Assembly: GCA_963819095.1 (NCBI GenBank)
Contig: CAWFUO010000006.1
Span: 1,280,002 to 1,344,001 of the forward strand
From: Candidatus Dormiibacterota bacterium
GTDB lineage: Bacteria > Chloroflexota > Dormibacteria > Aeolococcales > Aeolococcaceae
DNA: 64,000 nt
Reading direction: 5' to 3'
Notes under the pieces: generated by a model
Told to the model about the DNA's origin: nothing
What the model saw: only the letters and a program-made list of their open reading frames with translations
Databases searched by the model: none
Program-made: the position numbers and the translations under genes
Shown here: positions 1-9,372 of the stretch, one piece after another
Layout: every line of letters begins with the position of its first letter
Numbering within the stretch: position 1 is the first letter of the stretch

Positions 1-402
1 GCCGGCCTCGGGCACCGCGGACCGGAGCGCGGCAAGCGTGCCTCGACCGCGCGAGGCGCGTTTGCCATCCGCGAGGTCGTACTCGACATCGACGTATCCC
101 GACGCGGCGATCAGCGCTTCGCGTGCCGCCTCGGAGAGCGGCGCCCGGCCGAGATTGGTGTGCAGCACCGCCCCCGTGGCATTGATGACCGGTCTGAGAC
201 TGGTTGCGCGCGAAGGCAGGTCGCGAAGCACGTCATCGATGAGCTGATCAGCCGCCAGTGACCCGTCGCGCACCCGTCCCTGCGATGCATGGACTGCATC
301 CCGCACACGCGGCCTCCCGAGCCGGCGTTGTGCGTCGGCAAGCCTCAGGTCGGCCAGCAGCGCGTCGGTCTGCGGGATGGTTCGGCGAGGATCCATGTTC
401 AT
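1..402 (-). CDS. selA: L-seryl-tRNA(Sec) selenium transferase, N-terminal part; the gene continues beyond the left edge
   Basis: Reverse translation from ATG at 402 (or 396) reads MNMDPRRTIPQTDALLADL...RPVINATGAVLHTNLGRAPLSEAAREAL, the conserved SelA N-terminal region. It is absent from the ORF track because no stop lies inside the window. Confidence 0.85.
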   Translation of the reverse strand, partial: MNMDPRRTIPQTDALLADLRLADAQRRLGRPRVRDAVHASQGRVRDGSLAADQLIDDVLRDLPSRATSLRPVINATGAVLHTNLGRAPLSEAAREALIAASGYVDVEYDLADGKRASRGRGTLAALRSAVPEAG

Positions 403-461
403 GTCGCACGACCTCACGTGCGCAGGCAGATGGTGGGCACGAGCACCTGGGGCATCACACG

Positions 462-555
462 GCGGAGGCGGACGGGAATCGAACCCGCTTGACCGGGATA
501 CTCGGTCACACTGATTTTGAAGATCAGGAGGCCCACCAGGTGCCCAGACGCCTCC
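462..555 (-). tRNA. selC: tRNA-Sec (anticodon UCA)
   Basis: Reverse strand reads GGAGGCGTC...CCTGAT-CTTCAAA-ATCAG...GACCG-AGTATCC-CGGTC...GCGGGTTCGATTCCCGT-CCGCCTCC-G. About 94 nt with a TCA anticodon loop, a long extra arm and a T-loop TTCGATT. Lies between selA and selD. CCA is not encoded. Confidence 0.85.
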
Positions 556-622
556 GCTGCCAAGGGTAGGGCACCGGCCGGTGCCGGCGTGACGCGGCGC
601 GGCAACCTGCGAACATCGCTGC

Positions 623-1609
623 ATGCGACTCACCGGGTATGCGCACGGCGGCGGCTGCGCGTGCAAGATCCCGCCCGGCGAGCTCGAGGAGATGGTTGCG
701 GGGTTGGTAGGCGTCCCCAGCGACAGCCTGGTCGTCGGCCTTGACGACGGGGACGACGCAGCAGCGGTGCGAGTATCGGCCGACGGAAGCGTGGTGCTCA
801 GCACCGTGGACTTCTTCACGCCGGTGGTCGACGACGCGTACGACTGGGGCCGCATCGCCGCAGCCAATGCGCTCTCGGACATCTACGCGATGGGAGGCAG
901 ACCGATCCTCGCCGTGAATCTGCTGTGCTGGCCGCGCGATCTGCTCCCCATGGCGCTCGCTACCGAGGTGCTCCGGGGCGGGCTCGCGGTCGCCACCGAC
1001 GCCGGCTGTCCGGTCGCCGGAGGGCACAGCGTCGACGACCCCGAGCCGAAGTACGGCATGGCGGTCACGGGCATCGCAACAGCCGATCGATTGCTCCGTA
1101 CCGACGCGGGAGTGCCAGGCCTGCCGCTGTCGCTCACCAAGCCGCTCGGCATCGGCGTGCTCAACAGCCGCCACAAGCAGACCGGCGAGGTGTTTCCACA
1201 GGCCGTTTCCACGATGGTGGCGCTCAACCGTGCCGCTGCAGAGGCGGCGCTCGACGGCGGCGCCCGCTGCGCCACCGACATCACGGGCTTCGGCCTCCTC
1301 GGTCACCTGTACAAGCTGGCTCGGGCGAGCAACCTCACCGCGATCGTGAACGCCGACGCTGTGCCGTATCTCGACGGAGCGCGTGATGCCCTCAATGCCG
1401 GGTACGTGAGCGGAGGGACGCGGCGCAACCTCGAATGGGTCTCACCACACATTGGATGGGGCGGAAGGACTGCCACCGACGAGGGAGAACGTCTGCTGCT
1501 CGCCGACGCGCAAACGAGTGGCGGCCTCCTGGTCGCGGGAGAGATTCCCGGGTCGCCCGTCATCGGCGAGCTCGTGCCGCGCGGTGCGCACGTGATCGAG
1601 GTGCGCTGA
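623..1609 (+). CDS. selD: selenide, water dikinase (selenophosphate synthetase), Cys-type
   Basis: N-terminus MRLTGYAHGGGCACKIPPGELEE carries the SelD glycine-rich Cys/Sec-Lys active-site motif, here with Cys. The PurM-like body follows (DDAAV..., DFFTPVVDD, ...TDITGFGLLGH). Confidence 0.9.
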   Translation: MRLTGYAHGGGCACKIPPGELEEMVAGLVGVPSDSLVVGLDDGDDAAAVRVSADGSVVLSTVDFFTPVVDDAYDWGRIAAANALSDIYAMGGRPILAVNLLCWPRDLLPMALATEVLRGGLAVATDAGCPVAGGHSVDDPEPKYGMAVTGIATADRLLRTDAGVPGLPLSLTKPLGIGVLNSRHKQTGEVFPQAVSTMVALNRAAAEAALDGGARCATDITGFGLLGHLYKLARASNLTAIVNADAVPYLDGARDALNAGYVSGGTRRNLEWVSPHIGWGGRTATDEGERLLLADAQTSGGLLVAGEIPGSPVIGELVPRGAHVIEVR

Positions 1610-1621
1610 GGTTCTGGCCGG

Positions 1622-2347
1622 CTATGCCGGAAACTCGCGCTCCAGGAAGGCCGTCGTCTCTTTCCACGCGACTGCGGCAGCTTCGGGGTGGTGGAACATC
1701 GCGGCGTTGTGATTGTCGAAGGCATGATTCGGGCCGTGATGAAGATGAAACTCGGTGTGGGGCCGTCCCTTGAACGCCGCCTCGACCGCCGCGCGCTGCT
1801 CCGCGGTGATGTACTCGTCGGCGTCGCCGAACTCGAAGAGCACCGGGCAGTGGACGTCCGACGCTTTGTCGAGATTGCCGGGAATTGCCGAGCCGTAATA
1901 GCAGACCGCGACATCGGGGTCGGAGGCGGCAGCCACGAGATATGCCAGGCCCCCTCCCAGACAGAACCCGATGATGCCTGCGCGCCCGTCGCGCACGCCG
2001 GCAACGGTGCGTAAATGCTCGAGAGAGCTCGCCGAATCGCGTGCTGCCAGCGCCATATCCAGCTTCTGCATCGACGCGAACGCGCGAGGCAAAGCGTTTT
2101 CCGAGCGCTCGTCGATGACGGTTTCACCGTCGATCCGTGAGTACAGTTCGGGGGCGAGGGCGACGTAGCCCAGGGCGTTGAGCCGCGAACAGACCCCCTT
2201 GATGTAGTCGGTCACGCCGAAGATCTCCTGGATCACCACCATGCCGGGCCCTGACCCCAACTCGGGGAGTGAGAGGTATCCCGTGAATTCATGACCGTCG
2301 TCGCCATGGATGTGCTCTTCGCGAGGATTTGGCATAGCCGGGAGCAT
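1622..2347 (-). CDS. dienelactone hydrolase family protein
   Basis: 241-aa ORF with GMVVIQEIFGVTDYIKGVCSRLNALGYVALAPELY and the nucleophile region GIIGFCLGGGLA, typical of the DLH family. Convergent with selD. Confidence 0.8.
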   Translation of the reverse strand: MLPAMPNPREEHIHGDDGHEFTGYLSLPELGSGPGMVVIQEIFGVTDYIKGVCSRLNALGYVALAPELYSRIDGETVIDERSENALPRAFASMQKLDMALAARDSASSLEHLRTVAGVRDGRAGIIGFCLGGGLAYLVAAASDPDVAVCYYGSAIPGNLDKASDVHCPVLFEFGDADEYITAEQRAAVEAAFKGRPHTEFHLHHGPNHAFDNHNAAMFHHPEAAAVAWKETTAFLEREFPA

Positions 2348-2517
2348 AGCCGTAGCAAGGGAGGTGGGTCTCGAGGGTCCGCGCGCCCCGGCCGACGTGA
2401 GGTCTTGACCACCTTGACCATACCGGCGCTGGTAGCTTTTGTGATACCCTCGCTATCAAATCAACAACCGAGACGCGGCGGCCATCAGGCACGTCGCGCC
2501 CTGCGCATGGAGGTAGC

Positions 2518-2712
2518 GTGGTGTCTGGAGAAGCAGATCAGGTCGCCGGCAAGGTGAAGGAACTTCAGGGGAAGGTCACGGATGACGAGGAACTGGAGTC
2601 CGAAGGCAAGACGCAACACGCGGCAGGACAGGTCGAGCACGCCATCGGTGATGCCGGCGACAAGCTGAAAGGCGCCGGCGAGGCGCTGAAGGACAAGGCG
2701 GACGGTCGCTGA
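2518..2712 (+). CDS. CsbD family stress-response protein
   Basis: 64 aa: GEADQVAGKVKELQGKVTDDEELESEGKTQHAAGQVEHAIGDAGDKLKGAGEALKD, the CsbD repeat signature. GGAGG lies upstream of the GTG start. Confidence 0.85.
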   Translation: MVSGEADQVAGKVKELQGKVTDDEELESEGKTQHAAGQVEHAIGDAGDKLKGAGEALKDKADGR

Positions 2713-2755
2713 CCCTGTCGGCTCCAGTTGGATCGCGCGTCAAGGAGGTGTACGG

Positions 2756-2929
2756 GTGAGAGGTGCTTCGCTCCTCACAGTGGCCTGGATCGTCATCGGC
2801 ATCGTCGTGGCGGCGACCCACCATTTCTTTGAGCACGTCAGCACGATCGGCGGCATCCTGTCGGCGATCATCGCCGTGATCGTCTGGCCGCTCATCCTTC
2901 TCGGCGTCAAGATCGCCATCGTCATCTGA
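2756..2929 (+). CDS. small hydrophobic membrane protein (57 aa), function unknown
   Basis: GTG start 6 nt after AAGGAGG. VRGASLLTVAWIVIGIVVAATHHFFEHVSTIGGILSAIIAVIVWPLILLGVKIAIVI shows two predicted TM helices. Below the ORF-track length cutoff. Confidence 0.55.
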   Translation: MRGASLLTVAWIVIGIVVAATHHFFEHVSTIGGILSAIIAVIVWPLILLGVKIAIVI

Positions 2930-3208
2930 CCTCACACGGGCACGAGAGCGCGCGGCGTTTGGCTCGCCGCTCTCGGCGCTCGTGCGAGAAGCCCGGCGTA
3001 TTTCCGCAACGAACTTGCCGTGAGATGTTTCGCGATCGCCTAACGTGTTCGCACCGCGAAACCATTGCCACGGAAGGGGAATCGGCTCCAGCCGGGGTCG
3101 CGATCGTCCGGCTTATACTCGGTACGCTGAACCGCAAACCTCGTGGGTTTCGAGAGGGCCCACGAGGATGCGGTCCGGCTGCAGTCGGGATAACCGGATA
3201 ATCCCGCG

Positions 3209-4066
3209 ATGCGCTTCGGGATCTTTCTGCCGCCGTTTGCAGAATTTGCCGAACCCCGTCGCGTCGCCGCGTTGTCGACCCTGGCGGAGACATCAGGCTG
3301 GGACGGGTTCTTCCTCTGGGACCACATGCTCTCAATGCCCGGCATGGCGGTCGCCGATCCGTGGGTGACCATGGCCGCGATCGCGATGGCGACGCGGGAC
3401 ATCCGCATCGGGGCCCTGGTCACACCGCTGCCAAGGCGGCGACCGTGGGTGCTCAGCCGTGAGATGGCGACGCTCGATCAGCTTTCTGACGGCCGTCTCA
3501 TCGGCGGCATCGGGCTCGGAGGTGATGGCTGGACGGAATTCAGCTCGTTCGGCGAAGCCGTGGATCCCGTCGTTCGCGGAGAGAAGCTCGACGAGGCACT
3601 CGGGCTGCTGCAGCGCTTTCTGACTGGCGAGCCGGTCAGCTTCCATGGTCGCCACTACGGAGTCGACGCCCCGCCGCTCCTGCCGAAGCCGCGGCAGGAT
3701 CCACTGCCGCTCTGGGGCGCGGTGCGGTGGCCGAACCGCCGGCCGCTCGCCCGGATGGCGAAGCTCCAGGGCTGCTTCCCGATCTTCGGCGCCTCAGATG
3801 GTCCACCTCCGCCTGATCCGGCCGATATCGCCGCACTCCGCGGGCTCCTCATCGAGCGCGGCGCGCGCCCCAACATCGACATCGCCGTGGAGTGCGCGCT
3901 CTCCGCGGAGGACCCGGTTACTGTGCCGGAAACGGTCGCCGCGCTCGAGCAAGCCGGCGCCACCTGGATGCTGGAGGCGTTCCGACCCGGTGCTTCGCCG
4001 GACCGCGTGACCACGGTGGTGGGCCAGGGGCCACCAAGGCCAGCCACGCCGCTCACTCCCCGGTAA
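3209..4066 (+). CDS. LLM-class (luciferase-like) flavin/F420-dependent oxidoreductase
   Basis: MRFGIFLPPF...GWDGFFLWDH...ATLDQLSDGRLIGGIGLGG, a luciferase-like monooxygenase fold signature. Confidence 0.75.
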   Translation: MRFGIFLPPFAEFAEPRRVAALSTLAETSGWDGFFLWDHMLSMPGMAVADPWVTMAAIAMATRDIRIGALVTPLPRRRPWVLSREMATLDQLSDGRLIGGIGLGGDGWTEFSSFGEAVDPVVRGEKLDEALGLLQRFLTGEPVSFHGRHYGVDAPPLLPKPRQDPLPLWGAVRWPNRRPLARMAKLQGCFPIFGASDGPPPPDPADIAALRGLLIERGARPNIDIAVECALSAEDPVTVPETVAALEQAGATWMLEAFRPGASPDRVTTVVGQGPPRPATPLTPR

Positions 4067-4120
4067 GGCCGTCATGGCGTTGGCCCTTGGCATCGGCGTG
4101 GGCCGTGGCAGAGTCGGCAT

Positions 4121-4624
4121 GTGGCGCACATGCGGACCCCGGGCGTGACCATACGCCACGCCGGCATCAGCGACGCCCCTGCACTCGCGAGGCTGCGATG
4201 GCTCTGGAGAACGGCCGAGCGAGGAGAGCATGGGCTTTCGCAGTCAGCGTTCGAGGCCACCTTTGAGGAGTGGTGGGGACGTCGCCAGGACAGCCACATG
4301 GCCTACATCGCCGAGCTCCGTGGCGAAGCTGTCGGCATGGCTTGGCTGGCCGTTTTCGATCGAATCCCTCAGCCCCGCGATCTCGTCCGCCTTGCCGGCA
4401 ACCTGCAGAGCGTGTACGTGCTCGACGATCTGCGCAATCGCGGGATCGGCAGAGCACTCGTCGAGGCGGTGATCGAGGAAGCACGCGCGCGCACCGTCGG
4501 CTATCTCATCGTGCATCCAAGTCAACGTGCCTACCCACTCTATGAGCGCCTCGGTTTCACCCGGAGCGACACGCTCCTGCACCTGGACCTCGATGAGGGA
4601 GCGGCAACCGCGCCGCCCGAGTGA
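4121..4624 (+). CDS. GNAT family N-acetyltransferase
   Basis: VYVLDDLRNRGIGRALVEAVIEEAR (acetyl-CoA binding motif A) and a C-terminal YERLGF. Confidence 0.8.
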   Translation: MAHMRTPGVTIRHAGISDAPALARLRWLWRTAERGEHGLSQSAFEATFEEWWGRRQDSHMAYIAELRGEAVGMAWLAVFDRIPQPRDLVRLAGNLQSVYVLDDLRNRGIGRALVEAVIEEARARTVGYLIVHPSQRAYPLYERLGFTRSDTLLHLDLDEGAATAPPE

Positions 4625-4673
4625 CCGGCCGCATGGCCAGAGAAGCGGGCGTCCATAATGGGCACGAGTAGCT

Positions 4674-6395
4674 GTGCTCCGGAGGAATGACTCGATGGCG
4701 CTCGAGGCCGCCGAGAAGGTCGCCGCCAGCCATGACGGCGTCGACGCTGTGTCCTTCGCGACCAGTCCGGAGCGATACGTGCACTGGCAGCTGAGCATCG
4801 AGGGCACGGTCGCCACTCTCGCGATGGACGTCGACGAGCAGGGCGGTCTGCGTCCCGGGTATGCGATGAAGCTGAACTCGTACGACCTTGGTGTTGATAT
4901 CGAGCTCCACGATGCCGTGCAACGGTTGCGGTTCGAGCATCCGGAGGTCGGCTGCGTGATCGTCACGTCAGCAAAGGACCGCTGCTTCTCGGCGGGAGCC
5001 AACATCGGCATGCTCGCGCAGGCGTCTCACTCCTGGAAGGTCAACTTCTGCAAGTTCACCAATGAGACCCGGTTGGAGATTGAGGACGCAAGCGCCAACT
5101 CCGGGCAGACGTACCTCGCGGCAGTCAACGGTGCCGCTGCCGGAGGTGGGTATGAGCTCGCGCTTGCGTGCGACGAGATCGTGCTCATCGATGATGGGTC
5201 TGCTGCGGTCTCCCTCCCCGAGCTGCCGCTGCTGGCAGTTCTGCCGGCGACCGGCGGGCTCACCCGCCTTGGCGATAAGCGGCATGTGCGCCGGGATCTC
5301 GCCGACGTCTTCGTGACCAAGAGCGAAGGCGTCAAAGCGCCGACCGCTGTGCGCTGGGGACTCGTCGACGCTGCAATCGCGGGAGGGCAGTTCGATGAGT
5401 CGGTACGCGAGCGGGCCAGGGCAATCGCGTCGCGCTCATCCCGGCCGCACGCAGCACAGGCTGTCGTGCTCGAGCCGCTCGCCGCGTCATCGGGGGGCGG
5501 CCGCGTTGCCTACGAGCATGTGACTGCCGCAATCGACCGTGGTGCCGGGATCGTGACGATCACCGTCGCAGGTCCCGACCACTCGCCGCCCGCGGATGCG
5601 AATGGCGCGCGGGAGCTGGGGAGCAGGTTCTGGCCGCTGAGCCTCGCGCGAGAGGTCGACGATCTCATCCTGCACTTGCGCACCAACGAGCCCACGCTGG
5701 GAACGTGGGTCGTGAAGACGGTCGGCGACATGGATCTGCTCCTCGAGCACGACGCTTTTCTGCTCCAACACCACGCATCCGACTGGTTCGTCAACGAGGT
5801 GGTGCTGTTTCTCAAGCGCATGTTCAAGCGTCTCGACGTGACCAGTCGCAGCCTCGTGGCGTTCATCGAGCCCGCGAGCTGTTTTGGCGGAGTGCTCCTG
5901 GAGCTCGCGCTGGCATGCGACGAGCAATTCATGCTCGACGGCACGCTCGACTCGGACGAGCCTTCTGCGGTGATCGTGATCACCAAGTCCAATTTGGGCC
6001 GGTACACGATGGGCAACGGCCTCTCACGCCTCGGGTCCCGGTTCTTCGGACGGGCGCAGGAGCTGGACGCAGCACGAGCAGTTGCGGGCCGAGCGCTCGA
6101 CGCAGCCGCGGCCTCGGAGCTTGGCCTGCTGACATTCGCGCCCGATGCGATCGACTGGGAGGACGAGGTGCGCATCGCGCTGGAACAGCGCAGCGCGTTC
6201 AGTCCCGACGCGCTCACCGCCATGGAGGCGAACCTTCGCTTCGTCGGCCCAGAGACCATGGAGACGAAGATTTTCGGGCGCCTGACTGCCTGGCAGAACT
6301 GGGTCTTCAGCCGACCCAACGCGATCGGTCCCGCAGGCGCCCTCCAGCGCTACGGGAGCGGTCAGCGCCCCTCGCTCGACAAGGAACGGGTGTGA
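4674..6395 (+). CDS. boxC: benzoyl-CoA-dihydrodiol lyase (2,3-epoxybenzoyl-CoA dihydrolase)
   Basis: 573-aa double crotonase-fold protein (KLNSYDLGVDIELHDAV..., SAKDRCFSAGANI, AAVNGAAAGGGYELALACDEI). Sits immediately upstream of boxB with a 1-nt gap. The true start may be a few codons downstream. Confidence 0.8.
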   Translation: MLRRNDSMALEAAEKVAASHDGVDAVSFATSPERYVHWQLSIEGTVATLAMDVDEQGGLRPGYAMKLNSYDLGVDIELHDAVQRLRFEHPEVGCVIVTSAKDRCFSAGANIGMLAQASHSWKVNFCKFTNETRLEIEDASANSGQTYLAAVNGAAAGGGYELALACDEIVLIDDGSAAVSLPELPLLAVLPATGGLTRLGDKRHVRRDLADVFVTKSEGVKAPTAVRWGLVDAAIAGGQFDESVRERARAIASRSSRPHAAQAVVLEPLAASSGGGRVAYEHVTAAIDRGAGIVTITVAGPDHSPPADANGARELGSRFWPLSLAREVDDLILHLRTNEPTLGTWVVKTVGDMDLLLEHDAFLLQHHASDWFVNEVVLFLKRMFKRLDVTSRSLVAFIEPASCFGGVLLELALACDEQFMLDGTLDSDEPSAVIVITKSNLGRYTMGNGLSRLGSRFFGRAQELDAARAVAGRALDAAAASELGLLTFAPDAIDWEDEVRIALEQRSAFSPDALTAMEANLRFVGPETMETKIFGRLTAWQNWVFSRPNAIGPAGALQRYGSGQRPSLDKERV

Positions 6396-6396
6396 C

Positions 6397-7815
6397 ATGA
6401 TTCTCAATGCCGACTACAGCGACCGCATCCCCAACAACGTCGACCTGCGCAGCGACCGTCGCTTGCAACGAGCGCTCGAGGCCTGGCAACCCCGCTTCAT
6501 GCAGTGGTGGCGCGACCTCGGCCCCGATCTCATCGCCCGCGATGTCTACCTGCGCACCGCGATGAGCGCGGATCGCGATGGCTGGGCGCACTTCGGTCAC
6601 CTCCCGCTCGAGGAATACCGATGGGGAATCTTCCTGGCGGACCGAGAACCCGACCGTCGCGTCCCCTTTGGCGAACACATGGGCGCTGAGGCATGGCAGC
6701 AGGTGCCTGGCGAATATCGCGCCGACCTGCAGCGCTTGCTGGTGGTCCAGGGAGATACCGAGCCGGCATCGGTGGAGCAACAGCGCTTGCTGGGGTTCAC
6801 GGCGCCAAGCCTGTACGACCTGCGCAATCTCTTCCAGGTCAACGTCGAAGAGGGCCGCCACCTCTGGGCGATGGTCTATCTGCTCCATGCGTTCTTCGGA
6901 CGTGAAGGGCGCGAGCAAGCCGAGGAGCTGTTGATGCGCCACTCCGGGAGCGTGGATGCGCCGCGCATCCTCGGTGCCTTCAACGAACCGACCAGGGACT
7001 GGCTCGCGTTCTTCATGTTCACGTATTTCACTGATCGCGATGGGAAGTTTCAGCTCGGCACGCTCGCCGAAAGTGGGTTTGACCCGCTGTCACGAACGTG
7101 CCGATTCATGCTCCGCGAGGAAGCGCATCACATGATGGTCGGGACCACCGGCATCGATCGGGTGGTCAAGCGCACGGCGCAGCTGATGCGTGACCACGAC
7201 ACCGATGACATCAAGCGATACGGCGGCATCCCGCTCGACATCGTGCAGCGCTATTTGAACTTTCACTACAGCGTGTCGCTCGATCTCTTCGGTGGTGAGC
7301 GATCCACCAACGTTGCCAACTACTTCACCGCGGGCCTCAAGGGACGCTGGCAGGAGGAGCGTCGGAGCGACGACCACCGGCTCACGGATGTCACCTCGGT
7401 CGTCGATGTGGTGGTGGACGGGCGCATCGAGCACGTGACGGTCCCTGCGCTCACGGCCCTGAACCAGGATCTCCGATCCGAGTACTTCAGCGACTGCAAC
7501 AACGGCGTGAAACGCTGGAACCGGATCCTCGAAGAGGCCGGCATCGACGAGACGCTCTCATTGCCCCATCACGGATTCAATCGTCGCGTTGGAGCCTTCG
7601 CGGGGTCGTGGGTGACACCGGGCGGCCGGCTCATCGACGCCGACGCGTGGGCTTGCGAGGAAGCGAACTGGCTTCCGACCTCTGATGATTTCGACTACAT
7701 CCAGTCGCTCATGAAGCCGGTCTTCGAGCCCGGAAAGATGGCCGCGTGGATCGCGCCGCCGTCAACCGGCATCAACGGGCAGCCGGTTGACTACGAGTAC
7801 GTCCACCTGACGTAG
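6397..7815 (+). CDS. boxB: benzoyl-CoA 2,3-epoxidase (oxygenase) subunit B
   Basis: RIPNNVDLRSDRRLQRALEAWQPRFMQWW and GDTEPASVEQQRLLGFTAPSLYDLRNLFQVNVEEGRHLWAMVYLLH closely match the di-iron BoxB family as I recall it from Azoarcus. Confidence 0.9.
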   Translation: MILNADYSDRIPNNVDLRSDRRLQRALEAWQPRFMQWWRDLGPDLIARDVYLRTAMSADRDGWAHFGHLPLEEYRWGIFLADREPDRRVPFGEHMGAEAWQQVPGEYRADLQRLLVVQGDTEPASVEQQRLLGFTAPSLYDLRNLFQVNVEEGRHLWAMVYLLHAFFGREGREQAEELLMRHSGSVDAPRILGAFNEPTRDWLAFFMFTYFTDRDGKFQLGTLAESGFDPLSRTCRFMLREEAHHMMVGTTGIDRVVKRTAQLMRDHDTDDIKRYGGIPLDIVQRYLNFHYSVSLDLFGGERSTNVANYFTAGLKGRWQEERRSDDHRLTDVTSVVDVVVDGRIEHVTVPALTALNQDLRSEYFSDCNNGVKRWNRILEEAGIDETLSLPHHGFNRRVGAFAGSWVTPGGRLIDADAWACEEANWLPTSDDFDYIQSLMKPVFEPGKMAAWIAPPSTGINGQPVDYEYVHLT

Positions 7816-7821
7816 CCGGGC

Positions 7822-9372
7822 TCAGTCGCCCTCGGCGAGCACCCGTGCCGCTTCACGCCGAAGCTCGCCGCGGATGACCTTGCCAGTCGCGGTCTTCGGG
7901 AGCGTCTCAACCACGATGAGGCGCCGGGGTCGCTTGTACCCGGCGAGCTCGGCGCGGCATCGGGCGAGGACGGACTCCTCGTCAAAGGCGATCCCGGCCC
8001 GCGGAACCGCGAACGCCACCGCTCGGGTCAGCCCATCGCCTGCGGCGGCACCGACAACAGCTGCCTCGGCGACGCACTCGTGGCCGAGGAGGACGCTCTC
8101 CACCTCCGTCGGCGACACCCACTCTCCGCCGACCTTGAGCATGTCGTCGCGCCGGCCGAGATGGCGATAGATGCCCTGCGCGTCGACCGAATAGAGGTCT
8201 CCGGTTCCGACCCAGTTGCCGACGAATGTGATTCTCGTCTCCTCGGTGCGACACCAGTAACCGGTCGCGGCCGCGGCGCCGGACACCCAGAGCTGACCCG
8301 GCGTGCCGGGGGGCACGGCCATCCCTTCGTCATCGAGGATGCGCACTTGGTGGCCGGCGACTGGAGTTCCCGACGCCCCCGGCGCCGCCCGCCCCGCCCG
8401 ATTGGAGATGAAGATATGGGTGAGCTCGGTGGATCCGATGCCGTCGAGGATTTCCACGCCGAAGCGGTCGCGAAAGCGCACGAAGAGCTCGGCAGGCAAT
8501 GCCTCGCCGGCGGAGACGGCGTGGCGGAGTGACGCGAAGGTCGTGTCCGGGATGTCAGCCGCTACCAGCGCGGCATAGAAGGTCGGCACAGCAAAGAAGA
8601 GGGTCGGCCGGTGCCGGGCCATCAGCCCCGCCACCAGTGCCGCGGTGGGCGGACGGGTCGGCTCCAGGATCGATTGCCCGCCTGCTGCCAGTGGGAACGT
8701 GAGGGAGTTGCCGAAGCCATACGCGTGGAACATGGGCGCCACCGACAGGTGTCGATCCGTCGCCTGGACATCGAGCACCTCACGTGCGTAGCCCTCGCAC
8801 GTGATCCTCACGTCGGCATGACGATGCATCGCCAGCTTGGGGCGTCCAGTGGTGCCCGACGTGCAGAGCCAGAAGCAGGGCGATTCGGCGCTGGTTGCGT
8901 CGGCGAAGCCACCGCCGCCGCCGGCGATGACCTCGGACCAGAGCGGCCCCGTGGCCTCGCTGGCGTCGCCCACGCGCACCAACGCGGTCAGATCGGGCGC
9001 ATCCGCCGACAGCGCGGCGATGAGCGGCGCGGCGTCGGCGCCGACGATCGCGAAGCGAGCCCGCGAGTCGCGGGCGATCGCCACCAGGTCGCGCGCTGGA
9101 AGCAGGGGGTTGACCGGCAGCGCGACAGCTCCAATGCGGATCGCGGCCAGGAGCGCCACGGCAAGCTCAGGCCCGTCGCGAAGGATGATCAGCACGCGTT
9201 CCTCGGGTCGGACGCCGAGCCGGCGCAGTCCGCCGGCGGCCGCCACGACCGCGTCGAGCAACTCCGCGTAGGTGACCGCCGAATCGCCGCTCAAGAACGC
9301 CACTCGGGCACCGTTGCCGCCCTCGACGTGGCGATCCACGAGCCACTCGCTGCAGTTGAAGTGCTCAGCCAT
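7822..9372 (-). CDS. benzoate-CoA ligase family (AMP-forming acyl-CoA synthetase)
   Basis: Start set at MAEHFNCSEWLVDRH, which overlaps the upstream gene stop by 8 nt. AMP-binding motif WLCTSGTTGRPK, ...GDLYSVDAQGIYRHLGRRDDMLKVGGEWV. The 46-codon extension in the ORF track is rejected. Confidence 0.85.
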   Translation of the reverse strand: MAEHFNCSEWLVDRHVEGGNGARVAFLSGDSAVTYAELLDAVVAAAGGLRRLGVRPEERVLIILRDGPELAVALLAAIRIGAVALPVNPLLPARDLVAIARDSRARFAIVGADAAPLIAALSADAPDLTALVRVGDASEATGPLWSEVIAGGGGGFADATSAESPCFWLCTSGTTGRPKLAMHRHADVRITCEGYAREVLDVQATDRHLSVAPMFHAYGFGNSLTFPLAAGGQSILEPTRPPTAALVAGLMARHRPTLFFAVPTFYAALVAADIPDTTFASLRHAVSAGEALPAELFVRFRDRFGVEILDGIGSTELTHIFISNRAGRAAPGASGTPVAGHQVRILDDEGMAVPPGTPGQLWVSGAAAATGYWCRTEETRITFVGNWVGTGDLYSVDAQGIYRHLGRRDDMLKVGGEWVSPTEVESVLLGHECVAEAAVVGAAAGDGLTRAVAFAVPRAGIAFDEESVLARCRAELAGYKRPRRLIVVETLPKTATGKVIRGELRREAARVLAEGD

